Positions 1 through 12,519 of a stretch of DNA of 64,000 nucleotides are shown here, one piece after another. The notes below the pieces were generated by a model. The model made no database searches. It saw only the letters and a program-made list of their open reading frames with translations, and had not been told where the DNA came from. Both the position numbers and the translations under genes were made by a program. The stretch comes from Eledone cirrhosa. Lineage: Eukaryota. The stretch's first letter is position 1. Each line of letters opens with the position of its first letter. The DNA lies in the NCBI GenBank assembly GCA_964016885.1, contig OZ024742.1:301692001-301756000 (forward strand). Reading direction: 5' to 3'.

Positions 1-1081
1 TCATCAAGTGGACCTGGTAGCCCGGCCCGTGCTTCACCAGCATCACCGTATTTGGATAGCAGAAGGAAAGATGATATTGTGCTCCCTCCAACCAGGTCGA
101 CAGCTGCTGCTCGGGCCCGTTCTAATAAGCAATCGTATACTGTCACAACATCATTATCATCATCACCTACAACAACTACAACAGCTACAGCCATCACTAC
201 AGCCAATGCTACAGTTACAACTACCAAAAGCACCAACTACAAAAATGTCGCTGAAACTGAAAAACACAGATCTTATTTACCGTCGGATCAAAAAACCAAT
301 GATTTATCTTCCTATAGTCGTGGGAACATATCATCTAGTAGTGGCTCGGTTGCCGGAGACGGCTTTCCTAAACCATCTGTAGATATGAAACACAAGTCCT
401 CCTCAAATGATAAACACAACTTAGCTAATATTGATTCTAATTTTATTCAGAACTTTTATAAAACCAACCAAAAACTTGTCCAGTTAAGGGATTCTCAACC
501 CTCATATAGGATTTCCAGTAAAAACAGAGTTGGACACGAGATCAATGCTGCTATTCGAAGTGGTTATAACACTAGCCCTAGTCTTAGAAGTACATACACA
601 AGTAGCAATAGAAAAAACACAGGTTATAGTCACACTCTCGGTAGTAACACTGGCTATACTGATTACAAAGGTAGCTACAGTACTTTTAGTAAAGATAGTG
701 GATATGGTAGCGCCGGGAACACGAGCGATTATGGAAGTTATTCAAGTAAATCCAGTGGTCATCATAGAGGAAAAGTTAAAAGCCATGACAAAAAAATGAA
801 AGGTTCTTGTGAAGAAGTGTACTGTGTGGAAGAAAAACCGAATCGTCCTTCTTCCAAAGAACACGTTTATTATACAGCTGACCGCCCGAGTCGTAGTAAA
901 ATAACCACAAGTAGTGGGAGCAGCCACCGTGCTAGTAGTGTACCTGCCAGACGTTCTATGTCAGTTAGTGAATTTGCCAGTACTTCAATTGATCCTTTGC
1001 CTGGTAATGGTCAAACTGATGGCGAAAATCTTGAAAAAGTTAAATCAAAACTCATGTCAATGTGGAACAATGTAAAGTATG
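1..1081 (+). CDS. ATG4: ATG4C/D-like cysteine protease, first visible coding exon (5' end lies upstream of the window); long Ser/Thr-rich N-terminal region
   Basis: Frame 1 is open from base 1 (SSSGPGSPARASP...) to ...EKVKSKLMSMWNNVKYG, matching the ATG4C/D N-terminal 'WNN(V/M)KY(G/S)W' motif. Donor G|gtaagt at 1081/1082, phase 1. Confidence 0.85.
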
Positions 1082-2712
1082 GTAAGTCGATTTTTATCCC
1101 AACTTGTTACTGAAACTTTTAATGTTATTCAACAATCTCTGCTGTATTTTAACATCTGTTTATAGGGTAGTGGACACAGCATGTGAGAATGGTTTAGAAG
1201 TTCGCCTCACAATCATTAGGTCTCGGGTGTGATCCTACTGCTTGATATTTTGGGCAAGTGTCATTTACTATGGCCCTATGAGTGAAAGTGGGTAGACAGA
1301 AACTGTGGAAGCCTGTCGAATGGACTACCTGTATTTCAATTGACCACCCTTGTCACACAGTGTCACGCTGAATCTCCCTCAAAATGACGTTATTGGTACA
1401 CGTTTCTATGGATTACTCAGCCACATGTTAATTCCACGAGCAGGCTGTTCTGTTGATCAAACAACTGGAGCATTCATTGTCGAAACCGAAGGGGATTCAT
1501 CTCATTCATATGGCAATATATTGACCAGAAAAAATAAACGGAATATAGAAATGTTTGGTTAATGGTCAGTTTTATTCAGGTAAACAACGATCACCCCGCC
1601 CCTCTATTTCTCTCCACCTGAAAACATATATTCTTAACATAAAACAGTGAATGTGTTATTTCAAAGGTCTCCATATACGATACAGTAATATATATATATA
1701 TGTATGTATGTATGTGTGTAGTGCACCTGAGCACTGTACACAATAATTTCCATTATCATATATATTGATATATATAAATGAAATACTGGATTTAATGAAC
1801 CTCATTCACTCACAAATAACCGATATTGTACTATGTTTAGAGAGACACGGATGCTAAATATTTACAAACTTGAGTTACTATAAGTTAAATCTCCGTCACC
1901 CACACAATACAATTTTCAACAGTTCCCCTCTTATTACTCTTGTGTATATTTTATACTTGTAGCCTTACTATATATAACAAGTTTAAGAACTTACTATATA
2001 TAACATGGTGTGTACATATTTTATACCATGGCGATACATAACAACTTATTAGATTTAGCAAGTAAATATCTGATCTGAAAGTCTTTATTCACAGTTGTAT
2101 CAAAAGAAATATAATACAATGCCTACAGAACGAAAGCACAAACAAATTACATGTGTATATCAAAACCGTGTCTAACAAGTTACTATATATACGCTATTTT
2201 ATACAGATTACTCTATATAACAAGGTGTGTACATATTTTATAGTTGTACCAATGCTACATTTTGTGTAGTTATTCCACTGACTTTCTAAACATTTAACAC
2301 CGGTTCTAAACAGTATGAGAATGTCTAATGTCTAAAACACCAATTCACTTTCTACTAACAACTGTCCACTTCAATGCTGCTGTTATTTAATCCCAGATCT
2401 ACCTTGATCCAGCACACTTATCATCAATAACGTTTCGTCTATGACCACCCCGATTTTCTCAGTCATTGTGTATTTAGCATTGCTTTGCGCCCTCCTTTCA
2501 AAAGGGTAGGGTGTAATTTGAGAGAAATTTGGCTGCTATTTCTAGCAGGTCGAGCTCTCTTTCTTGTTATCTTGGTACCAGACATAGTATTTATACTAGT
2601 GCCCCCTCCACTTTAATCGAAATAAGGGTTAAAGCAACCAGATAGCATCCATCAGTTCTATTGGTATGTACAACCAGAGAAGAATCAAAGTCCATTATAT
2701 TGTTTGTACAGC

Positions 2713-2906
2713 GGTGATGGCGGTGGATTGGCAGTATCGGTAGAGGGTCGGGCGCCATGCTTTGACGCATAGAGTTGCGGCCCTTGCCATTCTGAGTTCA
2801 AATCCCGCCGAGGTTAACTTTGCCTTTCATCCTTATGGGGTCGATAAAATAAAGTACCAGTAATACACTGGATAATTGCTGGCCTTGTGCCAAAAAAGTA
2901 GAAACA
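2713..2906 (+). mobile_element. tRNA-derived SINE (family 1), full length with 19-bp TSD
   Basis: A box tggcagtatcgg, B box gagttcaaatcc, central gcctttcatcctt..ggggtcgataaaataaagtaccag; TSD attatattgtttgtacagc at 2694-2712 and 2907-2925. Confidence 0.9.
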
Positions 2907-5779
2907 ATTATATTGTTTGTACAGCTAATGAATGTGGAACCACCCTATAAATATGTCAACAAACGGTAAGGACCAAAGCCAGCGGAAAAGTTGCATTAAA
3001 AAAATATCCTTTGTATGCAAAATAAATCTAAACTTGATGAGGTGCTTAACTCTGTTACGATATTCTTTAAACGTATAATTCACACGCACGCTCGCGCTCA
3101 CACACTCCATACACATACACACTCCATACACACTCACACTCCATACACATACACACTCCATACACAAACACACTCCTTACACATACACACTCCTTACACA
3201 CACACATCTGCTACTTTAGATAAATATATTTTGACAACTAATCCAAATTTTCTCTCCTTATATTTTTATCTTTTCGTAACTAATTTCCATAAAAGAAAAC
3301 ATTGAATTCTCGCACATCAATGAATGATGATGTTGAGGATATCAAGAAAAATAACTCCTACTGTAAAACTTGCTAAAATACCTTGGATAATTAAATTATT
3401 TTATTTTTGTAACATTTCAGAAGCTAAAATACAACACAGTTTTGTTTTCGTAATATTATATTTTTTCCTTGTGATAGAAATCTTGTTTTACGTAATCATG
3501 CATATAAACAAATAAACACAATTTATACACCACAAAAGATAGAGAAAGATGAGAGAAGATACCCACACATACACATTCAATCACATGCCAGAATAAGGTG
3601 TGCTGGAGTTTCCCTCTAATAATTTATTGAGGCAAGTCAATATACTTGCAACATTGCCGTGTATGATAGCAAGGCTACGACCCTGGAATAATTAAGCACC
3701 GTCATCTAGTCTACTTTCTTAATAAATGGCACAACTGTGACAGGAGTTGATAGAACAGTTAGTGACTTGGAACACTACCAGCTTTAGGTTTTCAGCTTCA
3801 GATTTACTTTCATGATTGTCTTCCTAAGTGGATAGCTTTCCTTCTTTAGACTCTCAACTCCTGATAGAGTTGTTTAGGGGCTGAAATAACACAGAATATC
3901 TGTAGCATTTAAACCTGGTAGAATCTATCTCTTTCTATGTCTGTCTGGAGTTATAGATGGCATGCCAGAAGAAACAGGAGGGAGTAATGTTAGGGGAACA
4001 GAAGTGGACTGGGATGGTTCCCTCTTTCATGGTGGTCTATGGAAGGGGACTAGTACAGGGTTTCTCTTGTGGTATTTTTCAGTAGCTAGTGAACATGCTT
4101 CAGTGAGTTCAAATGGAACCTGGAATTTTCTAGCCAGAGTTTAGATTAGTAAGGTTCGTGGGTTACGCCACTTGATAAGAGGGATGTTTAGGGTAGGACT
4201 GACATGGCAAATGATTTAATGTTTACCATTAACAAGCTATTTCAGTGTTGTGTGTGTTTTTTTTCTCTTTTTGATTGCCTCTTTTTCTCCACCTACCTAC
4301 AAACGATATGTTTGGAAAATATGAGTTAGCAGTCATGCCATCATATCCTTTTGCATTGAGGGAGATGTGGTCATTTAGGTTTGAGAAATCAAGGTGATGG
4401 TTAGTATGCAAGGCATTAGCAATGTAGCAGGCCTCATGGCTCTGTATTTGGAGGGAGAATGCATTGGACCTTTTTTTTTAAATGGACGAACCTGACCAAC
4501 TGGATGCAGAGAAGATTGAACGATGCCTAAAGGAAGCATTCACAGAAGGGTAATACATTGTGTTTGCCAAGCTTGGAAGAGTTAAGTGGACATGTATGTG
4601 ACTGAAACCTGGATTTGCAGGAGAGGAATTGGAAAGAGTAGTGAAGTTGGTGTTCATTAATGGCTTCTCGGATCACATATTCATATGACTGCAGTAGTTG
4701 CAAGGCAGTGAAACCATGTCCATGAATTAAATGGGTGCTATAACCTGTGTGTCAACACTGAATGACAATTGAAACCTTATGACAGTGGCAATTGCAAAAT
4801 CTACCAGTATAATGAGGTAACTAATGATCAATGAAACAAGGAGACTGATTACTGAGTAGCCCTGGTTGTTTAAAGGCCATTGCTTTAGATGTTTGGGGCT
4901 GCACAATGATGAGGGATTGCAAAGAGCTGAAAATGGAATTGAAATCTACTGATTAACCAGGCAGACCACATCTCCAGCTATTGCACTGGTAGTTGCCCCT
5001 TTAAACATGTAAAGGTGTTTTTGCAGCCACTGCCTGTAGTGGAAGTTCTGTTGAGAACCCTCATTAACAGAGGCTCAAATGTGGTTACAAACTGGAATTT
5101 GAGAGTCAAGTAGAAAAATGGATTGAGGAGTGTGTTCTGATGCCCTAAAAGGAAGAGGTGAAGATTAGAGTGCTGCTGCTGATGGCAGTGCTTCAGGCCA
5201 GTACTGGACTTTTGTGAGCTGAATTACCATGTATCATGTCACATCAGCAGTGAGGCTACATATGTGTGGGATGATATTGTGAGAGTGGAGACATGATAGG
5301 GACTTCCACAATCTTTAATTTGAATTTAACATACCTGCAACTCCATGTCACTGAGAATATGTGGAAGTATCAGCTGGTGAGATATGATGTTAGTCTGTAT
5401 ATTTATTTATTCATAACCCATGCTGTAGCCAATAGTTAAATATCTTATCTGCAAGGCAATCTTGATTTTAGCTTTAGTGGACCCAGTCAAATTTCTCTCA
5501 CTAGGCAATTTTGCTTCTAGCTTTGGTGACCTGGTCAAATTTAACTATCTCATAAAGAAATAATTGTTTCTACTTTCGGCACAAGGCCAGCAATTACCCA
5601 GTACATTACTGGTACTTTAAAAAATAATGCAACAAAAGTGGTAAAATATAAAAATGATGATTTTATAGCATGTAGATATCCATTGAGTGGACATCATCAT
5701 CATTTAACAGCCATTTTCCCTGCTAGCCAGGGCTGGATGGGTCATCACAGATAAAGTCAGACACTCAGGAAGCTTAATT

Positions 5780-6765
5780 AAGAATGTAGGATTCACATGC
5801 AGCAGCTGTGCTGAAACAGCAAGCAAACAGCCACAGGAAACAAGTACCACCAATCTCTGGGAGGGCCCTGTAGAAACAGTAGACAGCTTCTGCTACCTAG
5901 GTGACCGAATTAGCAACGGAGGTGGGTGCTCAGAAAGTACAATAACTAGGGTAAGAACGGGATGGAAGAAGTTTAGGGAACTACTACCACTGCTAGCTGC
6001 AAAAGGCTTCTCCCTCAGAATGAAAGGCAGACTGTATGATGCGTGTATCCGAACAGCGATGTTGCATGGTAGTGAGACCTGGGCGCTGAAGGTGGAAGAC
6101 TTACGTAGATTAGAGAGAAACGAAGCCTGCATGCTCCGATGGATGTGTAACAGTAATATACGTGAACGACAAAGCATAAATGAATTGAGAGAGAGACTGA
6201 GCATAAGAGGAATCAAATGCTGCGTGCAGGAGAGGCGGTTACGCTGGTATGGACATGTGATGCGTATGAAGGATGACAGCTGCATAAAAAGGTGCAGAGC
6301 ACTAGAAGTTGATGGAAACCACGGAGTGGGGAGACCCAAGATGACTTGGGATGAGGTGATAAAAGCCGACCTTACCCAACTACACCTCTCAAAGTCAATG
6401 ACACGACCGTGACTTCTGGCGTCACGCAGTAATACAGGGTACCCGACCTCCCATGGGTACATGCTGAAGCATATAAACAATATGCCCCCACTCCCCCCAC
6501 CGCAAGGTGGTCGTGGAGGTGCCACGGCAAAAAAGCACCCAGCCCACACTGTAAAGTGGACGTGTAGGCGCCACGAAAAAGCACCCAGCACTCACTGTAA
6601 ATGAGGTTGGTGTTAGGAAGGGCATCCAGCTGTAGAAATCAAGCCAGATCAGTTCCTGTATGAGCAAGGCATGGTCAGCCGACCAGACACTGCCCACAAC
6701 AGGACAACCCGTCTAACCCATGCTAGCGTGGAAGAACGGACGTAAAACGGTGATGATGATGATGA
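5780..6765 (+). mobile_element. RTE LINE 3' fragment with (GAT)n tail
   Basis: Encodes FTC..C...VDSFCYLGDRIS...RLYDACIRTAMLHGSETW...RRLRWYGHV...GRPKMTW; 3' UTR homologous to 9111-9700. Confidence 0.9.
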
Positions 6766-8964
6766 CTAATCTCTCTAATTTGTCGAGGGCAGCATCTCAC
6801 ATATGTTCCTGCATTCTACAGAGTGGACTGGGTGCATTGTATCATGACACTGGCACTAAGGAGCTCATCGTATGTTTGACCCAACTGAAGAGTAATGTAG
6901 TATGACAGATAAGTGATATGGTCATATGTGGAATGTTTTTAATGAAAGGTCATCTTGATAAGTGCTGACTTCATGCTAAACAACAACAAAGCAATAATAA
7001 TAGTAACTAGAAATTATATAACAAAGTTCAAGGTGGACATTATCAATTTACAAGCATTATCATATTTTTAAAAATTATTTTAAGTATTACTCTCATTTGG
7101 TTATAGTTAATGAAAGTTGTAAACTTACTAAAACAATGATTAAATAACAAAAGGTCTGAGATCAGTCACAGTTAATTATATTTAGATATCTTTTCTTCAC
7201 GTTATTTATTTCATTTTTTTGAGAAAACATCTTTCTTTTTCAATATTGTTTGAGTGGATTAAAACATTATTACCCAAAGTTTAACCCTTTAGCATTTAAA
7301 CTGGCTATCGGTCCAGAATTCTCTCACCTCTTTCTGTTAAACCGGCCATAACTGGCTGTTCATAATTATGTTATGGTATTGTTCTCAAAATAAATAATAT
7401 CAAAATCTCATAGATTCAATGTTATGTGAGATAAAGTGTTTACCGTGAAAATACAATAGTAAATATAGAGTAAGGGAAATGATAAAGAATTAACCCTTTC
7501 ATTACCAAACCACAGGAAACTGTCCCTGATTTCATGATACAAGGAGGTTTATTTTAAAATGTTTATAAAAAAAAAATAGTATTTCCTTTGAAAGCTGATA
7601 CAATGTGATTTTGACAGTAAATGTTAAAAATATGATAACAATGATATTGCAGTTCTTTATAGCAACAAAAAATATACAACTCCAAACTAGTTTCTTCTAT
7701 TAAATCTTTTGATGAAGGGATTTTATCCTGAAATATTAGGGTCTATAAAGAACATCATTGTTATCATATTTTTAATATCTATTATCCAATTCACATTATG
7801 GTAGATTTCAAGCAAAACATTATTTTCTACACTTTACACAATAAATGCTTGAAGCAAACTACAACACCTTCTTAAAGTGTTTATATTTATCTAAAAACTC
7901 CAGTACACACTGTAAATGTGGTTGGCATTAGGAAGAGCATCCAACCGTAGAAACCAAGCCAAAGTCAGTTCTGTATAAGCAAAACATGGTCGTCTGCTGG
8001 AAGGAGTGTTTGAGGATTGTGGTCCCACAACCCTCTCAGGAATAAGTGGGTGAAGAAGAAGAACCAAAGAAGAAGACCTTTACTTTAGGAGAAAAGGTTC
8101 CTGATTTTTATCTAGTTTAATATTCTGTACATATTCAGCAATAAGATACCTTATGTTGATTAGAGATGAACCTCTTCAAACTGTACTGTAATTTCAAATA
8201 CTGAAATATCTTCTATGACTAAAGATGAAGTTAATAGTTTCATGCATTATAATGATTATGATGATATTTGCTATTGTTAATCTTTTTGTTACCATATTTC
8301 TAATGAAATATAATGAACTTCTAAAGTTATTTATTTCATTATTAAGATGCTATTTGGAGCATAATTTAACAAAAGGTTCATATATAAAATTATGTTGAAA
8401 GATTTAAATTTAAATAGGAACCCTTAAAAATGGGTGGTTTTGTTTCATAAAATTGTAGGTAGTTTTGGATAAGTTAGTTTCAAAAGGGCTAATTTATCTT
8501 GTTCAGTTTAACCCCAGGGCATTTGTTGTATCGTCCTAAGTCAGATGTTAAATGATGCTGATTATATAAATATATAAAGTGAGAGATTGTTGATAGAGAT
8601 CTAATTAAGCCATGTGATTATAATAACATGTTTGTGACATTGTTTTAAAACAATGTAATTGTTGCTTATTGAGTTTTTTGTTCACTTTAACATCTGCCAC
8701 TTATATTTAATCTTCAATATTAGATGTTTCAATAAATATTCCTAACATATTTTAAAATATTCTAATTCCATAATTCCAGTAATTGGACTATGGTGATGGT
8801 GAGGCTCCGCTTGGGGTTCTACTGGGGCAATGTGTTCAATGGTTCTTAGTTAATTATATCAATCCCTGCTGATATTCCATTCTGGTATTTATTTTATTGT
8901 CCACTATTTGTTGAAAGGTTGTTATCACTTACCCGCCCGTCCCCTCAATCTATCTTATTTCTCA

Positions 8965-9010
8965 TTCTTTCTTCTGATGAAGGACTAGCATCCGAAACGT
9001 TAAAACCCTC
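8965..9010 (+). other. Minimal hammerhead-ribozyme-like motif, probable Penelope-like element terminal repeat relic
   Basis: CTGATGA-a-gga(ctagca)tcc-GAAACGTT; a degenerate second copy lies at about 7709-7738. Confidence 0.4.
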
Positions 9011-9110
9011 TTCCTGCTATATCAAGCGTTAACCTAATATATCCTTTCCATATACTGTACCGATTGTGTTGTTATTTATGTTTACTTTTTACATACATAC
9101 ATATATATAT

Positions 9111-11836
9111 ATCATCATCATCATCATCATCATCGTTTAACGTCCGTGTTCCACACTTGCATGGGTTTGGACGGGGGTTTTCCCACTTGAGGCAAGAGTG
9201 GTTGTATTGCTCGCATAGGACTGTCTGGCGGGTTTTCTACAGCTGGATGCCCTTCCTAACACCAACCACATTTACAGTGTGGGGCTGGGAGGTTTTTACC
9301 GTGTTGCCTACACGGCCACATTACAGCGTGGACTGTCTGGCGTGTTTTCTACAGCTGGATGCCCTTCCTAACACCAACCACATTTACAGTGTGGGGCTGG
9401 GAGGTTTTTACCGTGTTGCCTACACGGCCACATTACAGCGTGGACTGTCTGGCGTGTTTTCTACAGCTGGATGCCCTTCCTAACACCAACCACATTTACA
9501 GTGTGGGACTGGGAGGTTTTTACCGTGTTGCCTACACGGCCACATTACAGCGTGGACTGTGTGTTTTTTTGTCGTGACACCTACACGATCTCGTTTGTTT
9601 CGGCCTGGATGTTGTGGCACCAACATAACTTTGCATTGAAGGGGGCGGTGTGGATGGGGTGGGACGGGGGTGTATTTTGTTAGAGATGCCTACTGACTAG
9701 TAGGTTTTACTTTGTATTTAGGTAAGGCGGGTCTTCTCTGTTACTGAGTACCGCCAAAGGTCTCGGTCCAGTGACATTGTCTTGGAGAGGTGTAAGTGTG
9801 TGAGGTCGGAATTTATCAGCTCGTCCCAGGTTTTCCTGGGTCTGCCTACTCCGTGGCTACCATCTATCTTTATTGCCCTGCACTTTGTTATACAGCTGTC
9901 GTCTTTCATGCGCATCACGTGACCATACCAACGTAGCCTTCTCTCGAGTAAACAACATCTGATCCCTCTTATTTCTAATTTTTTCCTTAGTTCGTTTATG
10001 CTTTGCCGTTCACGTATATTACTATTACACATCCAGCGGAGCATGCAAGCTTCATTCCTCTCTAGTCTGCGTATATCCTCTGCACACAATGCCCAGGTCT
10101 CACTGCCATGCAACATTGCTGTTCGTATGCAGGCATCATACAACCTGCTTTTCATTTTTAGGGAGAACCCTTTAGCGGCTAATAGTGGTATAAGCTCTCT
10201 GAACTTTTTCCATCCAGTTCTGACTCTAGCTACTGTACTTTCAGAGCACCCTCCCCCACTGCTGATTTTGTCACCCAGGTAACGGAAGCTGTCCACTATT
10301 TCTATAGAACCCTCTGCGCAATTGAAAGAGTTAGTATTTTGTGGGCACTTGCTGCTACTTATTGCACCAGAGCACCGGCCACATGTAAAATCTGTGTTCT
10401 TAGTTAGCTTACCTGTGATCCCACTACATCTTTTATGCACCCATACTTTGCATTTGGGACATAAAATGGAGTTTCTACCTACGCCTTTCCTACACACTGA
10501 GCATGGCCACTTCCCGGAAGGGACCGCCGCCTTATTTTCTTTCCTACAAACTAGAACTTTAGTCTTAGCCAGGTTAATTTTAAGGCATTTTGATTCTAGG
10601 CCGTGCTTCCATGTTTGGAATTTCTTCTCTAGCTCGGCCATTGATTCAGCTATGAGCGTTAGATCATCTGCGTATAGGAGTTCCCATGGGCAGCCGGTCT
10701 TGAACTCCTCTGTTATAGCCTGAAGGGCAATAATAAATAGTAGGGGGCTAAGAACAGAGCCCTGATGGACACCAACTTTTACGCTAAACTCTTCACTATA
10801 TTCGTTGTTAATTCTAACCTTGCTGACTGTTTCTTTATACATGGCTTGTATGGCTCTCACAAGCCATTCGTCAACACCTAGTTTTCTAAGAGCCCACCAG
10901 ATAATGGAACGGGGGACTCTGTCGAAGGCTTTCTCCAAGTCGACAAAAGCTAAGTATGGGGGTTTACTTTTAGCTAGGTACTTCTCCTGTAGTTGTCGTA
11001 CAACGAAAAGAGCGTCTGTGGTACTTTTGCCTGACACAAACCCGAACTGCATTTCATCTAGATCAATTCTCTCTCTGATTAGTTGCGCTATTACTTTTTC
11101 TGTGACCTTCATGACCTGGTCGATTAATTTAATGCCTCTATAGTTACTCCTATCTAGGGCGTCTCCTTTACCCTTGTAACAGTTAACGATGATGCTGCTA
11201 CGCCAGTCCTTCGGAACAACCCCATTCTGTATGACTTGGTTTACTATCCGGGTGACCATGGTGTGTCCCACCGTACCGGAGGCTTTCAGCATCTCAGCAA
11301 CTATTTCCGAAGGCCCAGCCGCCTTACCCGTCTTCATATCTTTGATTGCCTTACTTATTATACTACCTTCGACTAACACTGCTGGTCCCTCTATTGGGTC
11401 GATGTGGGGGGAGACTGTCTTTCTCCCATTTATTCTCCTCATTTAGTAGCCTTTCGTAGTGACACTTCCAAGCTACCTTCTTATCAGCGTCAGTGATGGC
11501 AAGTACGCCATCATCGTTAAGTACACACTTCTCCCCGACAATATCACGGTTTTCCTTGACACATTGCCTAGCAATCCTGAACACCTCACGTTTTTGGTCC
11601 TCGCGTTGTAGAACATGCTTGAACTTTCTTTCCTCTGCTTCCCTTCTTGCGAAGTACACTTGTCTCCTAGCTTCCCTCCTGGCCACTTGATAGTCTTCTC
11701 TACTTCCCCCATCCCGCCATGCTTTCCAAGCCTGCTTTTTGGCCTTGATTGACCCCTCCACCTTACTGTTCCACCACCATGTTACTCTCCTCCTGCCTAC
11801 AGGCCTGCTCCAGCCACAGACTTCGTCTGCCGCCAT
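9111..11836 (-). mobile_element. RTE-clade LINE, 5'-truncated (no endonuclease), young; RT ORF with one indel; 3' UTR ending in (GAT)n
   Basis: ORFs 11363..11836 and 9718..11442 join at a G6 run (11406-11411). RT motifs NYRGIKL, QFGF, FVDLEKAFDRV, GVHQGSVLSP, YADD, FRYLG, RRLRWYGHV, GRPRKTW. Tail ...cccatgcaagtgtggaacacggacgttaaac(gat)n. Confidence 0.92.
9718..11442 (-). CDS. RTE reverse transcriptase (with internal C4HC3 PHD-type finger)
   Basis: 574-aa ORF with a complete set of RT motifs; upstream part continues in ORF 11363..11836. Confidence 0.88.
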   Translation of the reverse strand: MRRINGRKTVSPHIDPIEGPAVLVEGSIISKAIKDMKTGKAAGPSEIVAEMLKASGTVGHTMVTRIVNQVIQNGVVPKDWRSSIIVNCYKGKGDALDRSNYRGIKLIDQVMKVTEKVIAQLIRERIDLDEMQFGFVSGKSTTDALFVVRQLQEKYLAKSKPPYLAFVDLEKAFDRVPRSIIWWALRKLGVDEWLVRAIQAMYKETVSKVRINNEYSEEFSVKVGVHQGSVLSPLLFIIALQAITEEFKTGCPWELLYADDLTLIAESMAELEKKFQTWKHGLESKCLKINLAKTKVLVCRKENKAAVPSGKWPCSVCRKGVGRNSILCPKCKVWVHKRCSGITGKLTKNTDFTCGRCSGAISSSKCPQNTNSFNCAEGSIEIVDSFRYLGDKISSGGGCSESTVARVRTGWKKFRELIPLLAAKGFSLKMKSRLYDACIRTAMLHGSETWALCAEDIRRLERNEACMLRWMCNSNIRERQSINELRKKLEIRGIRCCLLERRLRWYGHVMRMKDDSCITKCRAIKIDGSHGVGRPRKTWDELINSDLTHLHLSKTMSLDRDLWRYSVTEKTRLT

Positions 11837-12519
11837 ATTAAATATCAGAGAAAACGTAATAATATTTTTGAATAATTACATTTACTGGCTGACAAATTGT
11901 TTCGGAAACTTAATCAGTAATTTGTACATAGAGGATGTAATTATCGATCCTAAGTCCGATTTTTGGTACAGTAAAAAGAAATGTTCAAAAAGGTTCCCTC
12001 ATTGGAGCCAAAAAGAAAGGATTTAAACATAAAAATTCAAAAAGACGTGTAATCTTCATAATTAATCTCTTATTTTTCTTCTTTGGTTAGTTTGCTTGCA
12101 TTATCTTTGGTATATATATATATATGGGGGGGGGGGGGTATATGTATATTTTTCATTTGTTACTATTTCTGTCATCTGCTCACTGATATATACCAACATG
12201 ATCATCATTTTTACATCCACTTTTCCTTGTTGACATGGGTTGGAGATTTTGAGACAGTGTTTTATGGTTGAATACCATTTTGTGATTCTTCTTATGACAC
12301 AGGAATATGGTGTATATATTCTAAAAACTGGTTTTGTTTTAAGAAACATGAGAACCATTTAAGTTATTGTCTTAGTAATGAAATAATAATTTTAGTAAAT
12401 TCCTCATTAGTTAATAGAAATAAAGTGTATCTCATTAGAAATACTGTAACAAAAGGGTTAACCTTACTTTAAGAGATGAAAAAGATTTTTAAATATTTAC
12501 ATTTTTCTTATTTCTAAAG

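Noticed and set aside
52-1113. Stand-alone 353-aa ORF as annotated
   Set aside because: The frame is open from base 1, the start is a TTG, and it exits by a splice donor at 1081; it is an ATG4 exon.
2725-2810. tRNA genes at A/B-box motifs
   Set aside because: The boxes belong to multi-copy SINE heads; no cloverleaf.
5893-6591. 232-aa minus ORF and similar antisense ORFs at 9998-11446 and 46084-49257
   Set aside because: Antisense shadows of LINE coding sequence.
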